From positions 432,106 to 496,105 of the forward strand of contig NMRA01000338.1 in assembly GCA_002633005.1 (NCBI GenBank): DNA of 64,000 nucleotides. The letters run 5' to 3'. Positions within the stretch are counted from its first letter, which is position 1; each line of letters opens with the position of its first letter. The notes under the pieces were generated by a model. That model searched no databases. It saw only the letters and a program-made list of their open reading frames with translations, and was not told the origin of the DNA. The translations under genes were made by a program, and so were the position numbers. Shown piece after piece: positions 1-11,044 of the stretch. The DNA comes from Phoronis australis (taxonomy: Eukaryota > Animalia > Phoronida).

Positions 1-3000
1 CGGCAAACATGGTCTTTTGGTATGGGAATGCCACCAATGGACGACCACCAACGGCAGTGAAAGTATCAACAGAAGCATTAACAAAAACAACAGCAAATAA
101 GATAACAACACCAGAAACTACGAGACCAGCCACAGGTAAAGTCGGTACCAATAATTTCCTGTGAAAAGCTTTGAAACTCATATCAACTACTACAAAGCTT
201 AGGTTAAGTTGGCTTGGTCAGTAAACTTGCGCACACCACGACAAGAGGTACTCGAAGTACTGTACATGTAGTAACAAAACATGAACAAACAGTTCCCGAT
301 TCGTCACATAATACATGTAAAATGTCAATCAACAACATAAACGACAAAAACACCAGAAACTACGAAATCAACAACAAGTAAAATTTACACGAATCTTCTG
401 CAAACATTCGAAACTAATGGTAAATAAGAGCTATGACAAATTTTAGGAAAAGTTGGCTTGATGGGTGAACTTGCCCGCACCAGGATAAGGGGTATTCAAG
501 GTTCTGTAAATGTAGTGGCAGCCATGAACAAAGAATTCCCGGTTCGTCACATAATACATGTACAACGGAAACCACAACAGAAACGACAACAACATCAAAA
601 ACTTCGAAGTCAACAACAGATAAAATTGAAACTAATTTCCTCTACAAACTTTCAAAACTAATGGTCACCAAGAGCTAGGACAAGTTTAGGTTAAGTTGGC
701 TTGGCAAATGAACTCACGCACAGCAGGATAAGAGGTACTCGAAGTATTGGAACATGTACTGGCAACAATAAACAGAGAATTCGACAAATAATATATCCAC
801 AGTGTCAACCAATACATGTCTACGTTGTCTTGTCGAACTTTTCTCGTTGTAAACAAACGTGACAGTGTTGCCTTTTTCACAGGTGCTTTGAAGAACAATT
901 CCACCAATGGACGACCACCAACGACAGTAAATGTATCAACAGAAGCATCAACAGAAACAACAGCAAATAAGACAAGAACACCAGAAATTTCGAGACCAGT
1001 CACAGGTAAAATCCGTACCAATAATTTCCTGTGCAAAGCTTTGAAACTCATAGCAACTAAGAGCTAGGAAAAAGTTTAGGTTGAATTGGCTTGGTGAGTG
1101 AAATTGCGCACACCACAATAAGAGGTACTCGAAGTACTGTACATGTAGTAACAACCATGAACAAAGAGTTCCCGATTTGTCACATAATACATCTAAAATG
1201 TCAATCAACAACATAAACGACAAAAACACCAGAAACTACGAAATCAACAACAGGTAAACTTTACACCAATCTTTTTTCTGCAAACATTCGAATCTAATGG
1301 TAACTAAGAGTTTAGCATGACAAATTTTAGGAAAACATGGCTTGATGGGTGAAATTGCCCGCACCAGGATAAGGGGTATTCAAAGTACTGTAAATGTAGT
1401 GGCAGCCATGAACAAAGAATTCCCGGTTCGTCACATTATACCCATACCATGAAAACCAATAACAGAAACGACAACAACACCAAAAACTACGAAATCAACA
1501 ACAGGTAAAATTAGCACTAATCACTTCCTCTACAAACTTTAAAAACTATTGGTAACTAAGAGCTAGGACAAATTTAGGTAAAGCTGGTTTGGCAAATGAG
1601 CTTACCCACAACAGGATGAGGTACTCGAAGTCATGCAACATGTACTGGCAATCATAAACAGAGAATTCGACGAATAATATATCCACAATGTCAACCAATA
1701 CATATCGTCGGTGTCTCGACGAATTTTTTCTCGTTGTAAACAAATTTGACAGTGTTGCCTTTTTCCCAGGTGCTTTGAAGAACAATACCACCAATGGACG
1801 ACCACCAACGACAGTGAATGTATCAACAGAAGCATCAACAAAAACAACAGCAAATAAGACAATAACAACAGAAACATCGAGACCAGCCACAGGTAAAGTC
1901 CGTACCAATAAATTCCTGTGCAATGCTTTGAAACTCATAGCAACTAAGAACTAGGGCAAATTTTAGGTGAAGTTGGCTTGATGGGGGAACTCTCCAGCAC
2001 CAGGATAAGGGGTATTCAATGTACTGTAAATGTAATGGCAATCATGAAAAAAATGAGTTCCCGGTTCGTCATATAATACATGTACAACGAAAACCAACAA
2101 CATAAACGACAACAACACCAAAAACTACCGTCGAAATCAACAACAGGTAAAATTAGCACTAATCATTTCCTCTACAAACCTTCGAAACTAATGGTAAGTA
2201 AGAGCTAGGTCATATTTATGTTAAGTTGGCTTGGCAAATGAACTTACCCACAGCAGGATAAGAGGTACTCGACGTACTGTACATGTACTGGCAATCATAA
2301 ACATAGAGTTCGACAAATAATTTATCCACAATGGCAACCAATACATAATGACGTTGTCTCGGCGAACTTTTTCTCGTTGTAAACAAATTTGACAGTGTTG
2401 CCTTTTTCCCAGGAGCTTTGAAGAACAATACAACCAATGGACGACCTCCAACGACAGTGAATGTATCAACAGAAGCATCAACAAAAACAACAGCAAATGA
2501 GACAACATCACCAGAAACTTCGAGACCAGTCTCAGGTAAAATCTGAACCTAGTATTTCCTGTGCAAAGCTTTTAAACTCATAGCAAATAAGAGCTAGGAT
2601 AAAGTTTAGGTTGACTTGGCGTAGTGCGTGAACTTTCGCACACCACAATAAGAGGTACTCGAAGTACTGTACATGTAGTAACAACCATGAACAAAGAGTT
2701 CCCGATTCGTCACATAATACATTACAATGTCAAGCAACAACATAAACGACAACAACACCAGAAACTACGAAATCAACAACAAATCAACTTTACACCAATC
2801 TTTTCTTCTGCAAGCATTTGAAACTAATGGTGACTAAGAGCTATGACAAATTTTAGGATAAGTTGGCTTGATGGGTGAACTTGCCCGCACCAGGGTAGGA
2901 GGTATTCAAGGTTCTGTAAATGTAGTGGCAGCCATGAACAAAGAATTCTCGGTTCGTCACATAATACATGTACAATGGAAACCACAACAGAAACGACAAC

Positions 3001-6000
3001 AACATCAAAAATTTCGAAATCAACAACAGATAAAATTGAAACTAATTTCCTCTACAAACTTTCGAGGCTAATGGTCACCAAGAGCTAGGACAAGTTTAGG
3101 TTAAGTTGGCTTGGCAAACGAACTTATCCACAACAGGATAAGAGGTACTCGAAGTATTGGAACATGTACTGGCAACCATAAACAGAGAATTCGGCAAATA
3201 ATACATCCACAATGTCAACCAACACATATCGTCGGTGTCTCGTCGAACTTTTTCTCGTTCTAAACAAATTTGAAAGTGTTGCCTTTTTCCCAGGTGCTTC
3301 GAAGAACAATACCACCAATGGACGACCGACAACGACAGTGAATGTATCAACAGAAGCATCAACAAAAACAACAGCAAATAAGACAACAACACCAGAAACT
3401 ACGAGACCAGCCACAGGTAAAGTCGGTACCAATCATTTCCTATGAAAAGCTTCGAAACTCATAGCAACTAAGAGGTAGGACAAAGTTTAGGTTAAGTTGA
3501 CTTGGTGAGTGAACTTGCCCACCCCAGGATAAGCGGTACTCGAAGTACTGTACATGTAGTAACAACCATGAAATTTCCCGATTCGTCACATAATACATGT
3601 ACAATGTCAACCAACAACATGAACAACAACACCAGAAACTACAAAATCAACAACAGGTCAACTTTACACCAATCTTTTCTTCTGCAAACATTCGAAACTA
3701 ATGGTAACAAAGAGCTATGACAAATTTTAGGTTAAGTTTGCTTGATGGGTGAACTTGCCCTCACCAGGATAAGGGGAATTCAAAGTACTGTAACTGTAGT
3801 CTCAGCCATGAACAAAGAATTCCCGGTTCGTCAAATAATACATGCACAATGACAACCAACAACAGAAACGACAACAACATCAAAAACTTCGAAATCAACA
3901 ACAGGTAAATTCAACACTAATCATTCCCTCTACAAACCTTCGAAAGTAATGGTAACTAAGAGCTAGGACAAATTTAGGTTAAGCTGGCTTGCCAAATGAA
4001 CTAACCAACAGCAGGATAAGAGGTACTCGACGTACTGTACATGTACTGGCAATCATAAACATAGAGTTCGACAAATAATTTATCCACAATGGCAACCAAT
4101 ACATAATGACGTTGTCTCGGCGAACTTTTTCTCGTTGTAAACAAATTTGACAGTGTTGCCTTTTTCCCAGGAGCTTTGAAGAACAATACAACCAATGGAC
4201 GACCTCCAACGACAGTGAATGTATCAACAGAAGCATCAACAAAAACAACAGCAAATGAGACAACATCACCAGAAACTTCNTTCTCGTTGTAAAATAATTT
4301 GACAGTGTTGCCTTTTTCACAGGTGCTTTGAAGAACAATTCCACCAATGGACGACCACCAACGACAGTGAATGTATCAACAGAAGCATCAACAGAAACAA
4401 CAGCAAATAAAACAAGAACTCCAGAAATTTCGAGACCAGTCACAGGTAAAATCCGTACCAATAATTTCCTGTGCAAAGCTTTGAAACTCATAGCAACTAA
4501 GAGCTAGGAAAAAGTTTAGGTTGAGTTGGCTTGGTGAGTGAACTTGCGCACACCACGATAAGAGGTTCTCGAAGTACAGTACATGTAGTAACAACCATGA
4601 ACAAAGAGTTCCCGAATCGTCACATAATACATGTACAAAGTCAACCAACAACATAAGCGACAACAATAGCAGAAACTACGAAATCAACAACCGTAAACTT
4701 TACACCAATCTTTTCTTCTGCAAACCTTCGAAACTGATGGTAACTAAGAGCTATGACAAATTTTAGGATAAGTTGGCTTGATGGGTGATCTTGCCCTCAC
4801 CAGGATAAGGGGTATTCAAGGTTCTGTAAATGTAGTGGCAGCCATGAACAAAGAATTCCCGGTTCGTCACATAATACATGTACAATGGAAACCACAACAG
4901 AAACGACAACAACATCAAAAACTTCGAAATCAACAACAGATAAAATTGAAACTAATTTCCTCTACAAACTTTCGAAACTAATGGTCACCAAGAGCTAGGA
5001 CAACTTTAGGTTAAGTTGGCTTGGCAAATGAACTTACCCGCAACAGGATAAGAGGTACTCGAAGTATTGGAACATGTACTGGCAACCATAAACAGAGAAT
5101 TCGACAAATAATACATCCACAATGTCAAACAATACATGTCTACGTTGACTCGTCGAACTTTTCTCGTTGTAAATGAATGTGACAGTGTTACCTTTTTCAC
5201 AGGTACTTTGGAGAACAATGCAACCAATGGACGACCACCAACGGCAGTGAATGTATCAACAGAAGCATCAACAAAAACAGCAGCAAATCAGACAACAACA
5301 CCAGAAACTTCGAGATCAGCCACAGGTAAATACCGTACCAATAATTTCCTGTTCAAAGCTTTAAAACTCTTAGCAACTAAGAATTGAACAAAGAGTTCCC
5401 GATTCGTCACATAACACATGTACAATGTCAACCAACAACATAAACGACAAAAACACCAGAAACTACGAAATCAACAACAAGTAAACTTTACACCAATCTT
5501 TTTTCTGCAAACATTCGAAACTAATGGTAACTCATAGCGACTAGTCTTCTTGCGACGTACAACCAAAATGTTGGGAAACAACACAAAACTCACCGCTGCA
5601 GTTTAAAGATTTTTTTAAATGGAATCCATTACACTGTGTATGCCACCGTACAGTAGCAAATCATCACAAACGACTTTCTCACATCCGAAGTGTAAGCTGA
5701 AATACACTAGCTTTCCACGCAAATACGCCATAAGTGAGAGTGTTTACATAAGTTACTTCTGAGAGTTGTCCAAGGTTAATTGCAGGATCTGGCTGAATCA
5801 TAATAATGTAATATCTTCGCCTTGGTTTGCCTAATTTTTCTGTTTTATTTATCTGCCCTCGCTGGGGTTATTATCATTGTTTAATCTATTAATTATTCCA
5901 GTGACTCGGTATTTGACAGAAGTCGGTCCTCAGGCTTTTAAATGAGTCCCTCATCTTGACGGTAGACTCCTTTGTTAAACGAAAACATTGTTCTTGTTCC

Positions 6001-6809
6001 TACTTTAGGATTGTCGTGTTACACTTGTGACCCAGATGTACGTGACTCATGTCACCAGAAACTCGAAGAATGTGATGCGGACAAACATTGGTGCGTGGAC
6101 ATTGTCACAGAATATCCTGGTGGACAAACGACTATCAAAAAGAAAGGGTAAATTCTTTTAAATGAGAACTGGTTTGGATGTCATTTGAAGGATTGTGTAC
6201 GTGCTATGTACTTTCGCATGTTCTCTCAGCAAATTCCTCAGTACCAAAAGCCCCACCTATCTGTAGGTATCAGTTCCCTCTGTAAGGTACTTAACGGTCA
6301 TCGGCACCTGTGGAATTTTGTTGACCTGTCCCACCGCGCTTCTCAATAGTGTTATGGATGGGTTTCTGTCACTCGTTCTAATATTGAACTGTCTCAGATA
6401 TCTTGATTGGTAAGTGAAAAGGTAAGGAAGAAGCACCAGCGATATATCTGTATAGAGACTGGCCGTACGTCCCTGTGCTTCCCCTTCCCGATTCTCACGC
6501 GGCGCCCTATGTTCTCCCGCACTAAAGTTCCCTGACCACCCCTTCTATTTTCTTTGGTCGTGCCTGGAGGTTTAAACCTTGAACTATCTCGAACACAAGT
6601 CACTTTCAGCAGTTTCGGGTAACAGTTGTTTTTCATTTTGTTTCAGATGTTCCCCGAAATCCGCCGAATGCGGCGGCGTTACTCTTTGTGAACAAAAGTA
6701 TAGCATGAACGATTATATCCGTAGGATTTATGAATTAGAGGCCACTGTGTGTCAGTACTGTTGCGCTACGTCAGGGTGTAACACACGCACCGGTGTGCCA
6801 ATATTTTGA
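1..6809 (+). CDS. Mucin-like Thr-rich repeat + C-terminal Ly6/uPAR (three-finger) domain protein, 5' end outside window
   Basis: Exons: <1-135, 883-1005, 1770-1892, 2413-2535, 3294-3416, 4171-(N at 4280), 4323-4445, 5203-5325 (internal intact copies 123 bp, pyrimidine-tract/CAG acceptor, GTAAA donor, phase 1-1, no stops, GALKNNTTNGRPPTTVNVSTEASTKTTANKTTTPETSRPAT-like), then 6009-6147 (phase 1-2) and 6647-6809 (stop). The last two splice to LSCYTCDPDVRDSCHQKLEECDADKHWCVDIVTEYPGGQTTIKKKGCSPKSAECGGVTLCEQKYSMNDYIRRIYELEATVCQYCCATSGCNTRTGVPIF*. Joining the repeat exons to the LU exons is inferred from phase compatibility. Confidence 0.75.
27..5540 (+). repeat. Higher-order tandem array (~880-bp period) of related ~240-bp and ~400-bp monomers
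   Basis: Recurrent blocks such as 'ggttaagttggcttg', 'agaggtactcgaagta' and 'acaacaccagaaactacga'. Exon-bearing monomers start 887, 643, 881, 877 and 880 bp apart; single-N gap at 4280. Confidence 0.95.
6009..6809 (+). CDS. Ly6/uPAR (LU, three-finger) domain exons
   Basis: tactttag|GA at 6009, AAAGG|gtaaat at 6147, tttcag|A at 6647, TGA ending 6809. LxCYxC start and CCxxxxCN end typical of LU domains; 12 Cys. Confidence 0.85.
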
Positions 6810-6856
6810 ACCTTGTATCCACATTGATGGTAGCGTGATGTGCACGACTTCAAATG

Positions 6857-6862
6857 AATAAA
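6857..6862 (+). other. Candidate polyadenylation signal of the mucin-LU gene
   Basis: AATAAA about 50 nt after the stop at 6809. Confidence 0.55.
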
Positions 6863-7877
6863 TACAACGTTCGTTCACCGACTGTTTTGCCTAGCATGCA
6901 GAATCACACTATGGTCGTATAGGAAACAGCTCACGATCGATCTCACTCCACGCACCACACATCCTGGAGTCAGAGATTAGTGTTCCCCACGCAAGCTGAC
7001 TTCTCTCGACGTTTTGTCGAGTATTGGGTTTTTAAATCAATTCTGATTTTTTGCCTTCACAGTTGTCACAAAGCATACCTGAACTATTGCATAACTATTA
7101 TCCGTCCTCTTCCTAAAAACGACTCCGCTGTGCGTTTCATTCTTTGCCAATTGTTACTGTCGTAGACTAAGGTCATTTTCCAAATGGCTCATACAAGTAA
7201 AAACTAGGACAGTTAACGTGTTAAAATGGCTCACTTTGGTTGGTTTACTTTGGAGGTCGTTTCTCAAACCACGGCATCAACTTTTCCGTAGAGGAGTCAC
7301 GTATAAAACAGGGAAAGATTTTTCTGGAACATGTTCATATTTTCCCATATGATTGCATTCACCTTTTTCTGTGTTCGCTGATTTGAGCATCGCGACTACC
7401 TCAGGTAGGGCTTTGATTAGAAAAACGTAGGCAAAGTTTTGTTGCAAGGGGTAATGACCATCTCCAGCGCCTGTGTCCTAATAATTGTTAACTGCAGACT
7501 GTTACATGTCACAGTCCAGTCGCACCCTGATCTGACATATACTGCTGACTCGACACATTTTGTCTCCCCGGCGACTTGCCAACCAAAACGTCATGTAGAA
7601 GCCGATGTTGCCGTTGGTGAATAGACCAAATCAGTGACTCACCAAGTTGCCTAGTTTAACTGCAATGCCATTGACCAGCTTCGATTGTTGACCACAAGGT
7701 GATTGTAATGAATAAACAGTCTCAGCTTTCCTGCAATTACAACTGCTACAGCTTCAGCTAGACGGATGATTGTCTGTTAATAAGTACTTTAAAGTTCTTT
7801 TAAAATCACCAATTTCATATCAAAAACACAAAAACCAATCCCAAGCGTTAATCCGCTGTCAAATTAGAACATTCTCA

Positions 7878-9510
7878 AAGGGAGAGGGAGAGGAAGAAGG
7901 AGAGGGAGAGGGAGACTGGATCGTAGTTGCTAATAATAAAATTGTTTAAGAACCTCGAGAATGCTTGCAAAGTATGTGTTTTTCTTATATTTAGAGCAGA
8001 GACTGGTATTTCGTTGTTGTTTATAAGTCGAGGAATTTCAAATCCAATGCAGGCTCTTGATGACAATCTTTGGGACGGAGGAATTAAAATTTTGGGTTGT
8101 ATTGTCGGAATAGCAGCTGAGTATTGATTCAGGTATATTGGAGTTTTAATGTGTCTGGTTGATTTATATTGGATGGGTTTGTTACTGTAAAAATACTTAG
8201 AAAGGTGATTATTGAGGAATTTGTAGTAAAACTTTGCAGTTGGGATTTTAAAGATGTCTTGAAGTAGAGGGAGGCGAAGTTCCTTATATATGGGCAGAGT
8301 GTGTGCATTATAACTGGAATTTGATATATTCCGAAGGATTCTCTTCTGGGCTGTCTGGAGCTTCTTAGTGTTGCCAAAACCCCAAGTTGTATTGCCATAG
8401 TTTAAATGTGGGAGGACAAGTGAATTATGTATTAACTTGAGAGCTGTAAGAGGAAGATAAGATTTCAATTTGTATAAGAGTCCACCGAGATTGTTAAGTT
8501 TGTTTGAGATGAGGTTTATGTGGGGGCACCACGAGAGGTTTTTGTCAACGGCAATACCAAGGAAAGGAAAACTGTTGACATGACATATTGTTTTGCTATT
8601 TATATAAATGGTGGGAATAATAAATTTTTCAATTTTCTTTTGGGGGTAGTGGAAGATCATTAATTTATTTTTGATGTGTTAATTGAAAGTTTGTTCACGG
8701 AAAACCAGTCTGAAATAGATTTTAGGTTGTTGTTGATGGTGGTTGATTGCTGTAAAGTGTGTTGGGAAGATTCAGTCAGTTTGTAAGGTGTGACGAGGCA
8801 AGTATCGTCAGCATAAAGAAGTGTGTCCATGGGAGAAGAAAACAAAAGATTGTTTATGTAAATTAAGAAGAGAAGTGGGCCACGGACAGAGCCTTGGATA
8901 ACTCCGGTAGCTATTGGTAACCAACTGGAAGGTGTCTCTCGGTGAAACATATTGGGTGCGGTTCGAGAGATGATTTTTAAACAGTGTGTATTCAACCCCA
9001 GTAATACCATAGTGGTTTATCTTTTGCAATAGTATTTGGTGGTCTATTGTGTCAAAACCTTTAGAGAGATCGAGAAAGATGACCAGGGGATTCATGTCAT
9101 TATCAAGATGGGAACAAATGCGGTCTAAAAGTTTAAGCAAAGCAAGTTCTGTAGAGTGACATTTCCTGAAGCCATATTGATGTTTATAAAGAATATTATT
9201 TTCGTTTAGGAAAGTTGAATGTTGTGTATGGATAATTTCTTCTATAATTTTTAGTGGGTTAGGAGAATAGAAATGGGTCTGTAACTGCCAGGGTGCTCTG
9301 GTTCCAACCATGTTGTTTAAATCTGGGATTCCCTTAGCAAACTTGAGAGCATCTGGAAATATACCAGTGAGCAAGCACTGGTTGATGATGGTCGTGAGAG
9401 GTTTAATTATAAAAGGACTGCTTATTTTGATAATTTTAGATGATAAATTGTCATAACCAGTAGTATTTTTTGCGTCCATGTCTCTAATAATATCTAGTAT
9501 ATGTTTATTA
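7878..9510 (-). mobile_element. 5'-truncated, frameshifted non-LTR retrotransposon (L2/Crack/CR1-group RT)
   Basis: Three broken ORFs (8808-9479, 8660-9010, 7875-8660) carry RT motifs QYGFRKCHST, IFLDLSKGFDTIDH, GVIQGSVRGPLLF, YADD and FLG..VDKNLSW; (TCTCCC)n-like 3' tail at ~7878-7915. Confidence 0.92.
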
Positions 9511-10818
9511 TTAATAGTTTGAAAGAAAACTTAAATTTGTTTGGCGTCGGAAGATAGTCTTTGAAATTCTTTTTTTTATCCTATTTATTGATTCAGGAAA
9601 CCTTTTTACACTCAGTGACGATTGTTTTGGCACGGGTCTTAAAACATAAAGTCGGGAAATAAGGCGTCTTATGTTATTTACTTTGAAGTTGGTCATTTTT
9701 ACCTGCCGATGTATGAAGAATAAGCTTTAACTAACTGATAGTTGATTTTAAAAATATCTCAATGGTTTACGAGAGCTATAAAGCATAATAAAAACTACCC
9801 TAAATGGATTGTGTATTCAATAGGCATCTTGGCTATTTTATGTGGGCATACAAGGCAGGTTTATTGGACCGCAGGCAGGAATTCAATCGCTGCTTGCTGG
9901 TTTTCAACCCCTTACTCCTCTTGCCTCCAGTTTCATTTACCACAACCCACCCCAATTTGTTACCCATTTTCGTAACAAAGACCTGCAGTGTGTATTTGGA
10001 GGGGGTAAGAGCGCAGTTTTTGGACATTGGCGTAGGAAACATTTGATGGCTGGGGGATGAAAGTCTGTTAATCTTTCAATCATATTTTAAAACAAAGTTT
10101 GTGCGCTGAAAGTTTTAATAATTATTTGTTAATTAATTGATATTAACACCTGGAATATTGGGAAAGAAAACTATCTCCGCCCCCAACATTTTGGTTGAGG
10201 GGCGCCCCCATTTTTGCTCCTAACGCTTCTTCAGCAGATCTAGCTTATATTTATTACTTCCCTGGCCCCCCTGGACAAAATCTTACAGGTTTTGTTCCTG
10301 CTCATCCTCCTGTCACCTATTTTCACCTGTTTACCTCTAATTACTGCATGAGTCACACCCTTGCTTATGATATCATGAGGAAAGTTCGCCTAGTCTCACA
10401 ATTTTCTGGCCCTTATCACAAACAATATCTAACTATAATAAACACCAGGCTAATTGCTGACAGACACATCAGACCCTTACTGAAAACCACAAATGAATGC
10501 ATGGAACTACTTTTCAAGACCAGTTGCATTGAATAAACACTTTGAGGGATATGACCCAAATTGACACACAGTTTATAGCAACGACAAGCTTTCTGTGGTA
10601 AAGTGAACTGCAGGAATTATTTAGATAAACCAGTAAGAAAACCGAAGACCCGAAAAATTTATTTTAAGCATACACTCAGAATCTCATTATTTTTATGCAA
10701 ACGTTAATCAAAGCATTGCCCTGCGTAAATGAAGAAATTTCAAACCTACAGATCAATCCAGAACCCAGGGAGGTCCAAGAAATAACAATGAATTTAAATC
10801 TCACTTGTAGTTCTACCG

Positions 10819-11044
10819 CAGAAGCGGATCTATAGGGGGTTCATGGGTTCAACCCCCCTCAGTAGAGGATCAAAATAAAAATCTAAAAACTGTCGCCAGG
10901 AAACCAAAATCAGATACTACAAACAAAAAAATACAACGGTGGGGAGACACACCTTCCCAACCTCCCCTCCGCTCGACGCCACGCGCCTCGGATTCGCGAA
11001 AATCTTAACCCCCTCCCCTTACTGAAAACCTAGATCTGCCACTG
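10819..11044. mobile_element. Small MITE with CAG(T/A)(G/A)GC(G/A)GATCTA termini
   Basis: Left CAGAAGCGGATCTA; right end reverse-complements to CAGTGGCAGATCTA; G/C runs inside both ends; no clear TSD. Confidence 0.65.

Noticed and set aside
458-5387. Many overlapping ORFs on both strands in the tandem array (e.g. hydrophobic minus-strand ORFs)
   Set aside because: They are shadows of the repeat and antisense of the Thr-rich exons; lengths vary by indels and only the 123-bp units keep frame and splice sites.
27-5540. CRISPR-like repeat/spacer reading of the array
   Set aside because: Units are long and mutually homologous with no unique spacers; eukaryotic context, no cas genes.
7410-7780. 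Minus-strand Cys/Trp-containing frame (GWQVAGETKCVESAVYVRSGCDWTVTC...PCNKTLP), faintly C-type-lectin-like
   Set aside because: Bounded by stops, no consistent splice model, motif match too weak.
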